Shown: positions 63,227 to 64,000 of the stretch, piece by piece
Numbering within the stretch: the first letter of the stretch is position 1
Layout: every line of letters begins with the position of its first letter
Origin: an uncultured Gammaproteobacteria bacterium
GTDB lineage: Bacteria > Pseudomonadota > Gammaproteobacteria > DRLM01
Direction: 5' to 3'
Length of the DNA stretch: 64,000 nt
Assembly: GCA_963729605.1 (NCBI GenBank)
Contig: CAVSNY010000007.1
Coordinates: 320,001-384,000, forward strand
Made by a program: the position numbers and the translations under genes
The notes under the pieces: model-generated
What the model was told of the DNA's origin: nothing
The model's input: only the letters and a program-made list of their open reading frames with translations
Databases searched by the model: none

Positions 63227-63871
63227 ATGGGTCTGTTTGGAAATATCACAAGTGCTTACAAGAAAAGCGAGGCGGCCGTTGTAGTTCAAAACCTTCTGGA
63301 ACATCAGGCACGCGTTGGTTTGCTCGATCTCGATCCAAAGGCTCTGGCTAATCGTCTAGTCAGCGTCCTCTGGGACCAGAAACCGGATCTCTTCGATGGA
63401 AAATTTGGGCAACGACCGCACAAGATCTCGGTAGCCGCCGCCGCACTTGCAGACGGAATTGGAAGGTTTGAGGCTCAAGACACCAATCGCGAAGCCCTGA
63501 TCCTCGCGCTGAGCAATGTGCTATCAGAAATCGAGACAAACGGGCGCCTTTATCCCTTTAACGGTATCGACGAAATATTGCTCGAGGCCGCTGGTGCAAT
63601 TTTTGTGGCAATGACGGAGGAACTCCGCGGACGATCTGGTAACACCACGCCGCCGTCGGCATACGCTACATTCGAAGATTGGTATGCCGAATTCAAGATT
63701 GGCGCTGGAAAAGCCAACCCTGCTCTGCGGGAAGCAGATGGTTCGAGCTTAATAGACTTCATGGATCACGAGCCGTTGCGGCGCGCATTTCGCGATCGCG
63801 TCGAACCGCGCTCCCTCGGCACGGAATTCGCGAAGTCTTTCGACATTCGCAAATTCGGCAAGCAAACGTAG
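63227..63871 (+). CDS. integron cassette 2, hypothetical protein
   Basis: 214-aa ORF directly after attC with GGAGAGG RBS. Confidence 0.8.
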   Translation: MGLFGNITSAYKKSEAAVVVQNLLEHQARVGLLDLDPKALANRLVSVLWDQKPDLFDGKFGQRPHKISVAAAALADGIGRFEAQDTNREALILALSNVLSEIETNGRLYPFNGIDEILLEAAGAIFVAMTEELRGRSGNTTPPSAYATFEDWYAEFKIGAGKANPALREADGSSLIDFMDHEPLRRAFRDRVEPRSLGTEFAKSFDIRKFGKQT

Positions 63872-63896
63872 GGCGGAAGCCCAACGGGCGTTCCGC
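63868..63896 (+). repeat. GTAG-family REP
   Basis: GTAGGGCGGAAGCCCAACGGGCGTTCCGC; same family as 7017-7046. Confidence 0.75.
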
Positions 63897-64000
63897 AGGA
63901 TGTTTGCCGCGGCTCAACACCCCCGCTCACCACCGATCATGTCCGCCGAAACATATCCGCCCCAATTAGCCGGATAAACGCCGCGTCTCACCCAGTAAGC

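Overview
This is a high-GC gammaproteobacterial chromosome segment, mostly housekeeping genes (asmA-like, nfi, cca, xerC-DUF484-dapF, ppa/hppA, uppP, wrbA, rluF, PPi-type pfk, adk, hemB, an RND pump, plsY-folB-folK, nrdJ, degQ, ubiD). It has two visibly AT-richer accessory patches. The right end (62.3-64 kb) is a decapitated integron: a 23-codon intI N-terminal remnant cut by a GTAG-REP pair, then an attI site and two cassettes. The left patch (4.5-8.4 kb) is the most unusual part. Four co-oriented cassette-type genes are each preceded by their own attI-like site resembling the one at 62.6 kb. Their attC sites are truncated or replaced by GTAG-REPs or by a GGGACAGATTTATTT-bounded element carrying a RAYT-transposase C-terminal remnant. 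This suggests an integrase-less, REP/RAYT-assembled array of 'attI + one gene' modules, with defence-like cargo (Ntn/proteasome-like, HEPN-like, NDT-like). Other notable items are an adenylate kinase fused to a histone-H1-like tail, a BgsBA-like glucan synthase locus with a frameshift, clustered pyrophosphate-metabolism genes and an IS5-type MITE family. All calls come from reading the sequence and recognising motifs; no database searches were run.
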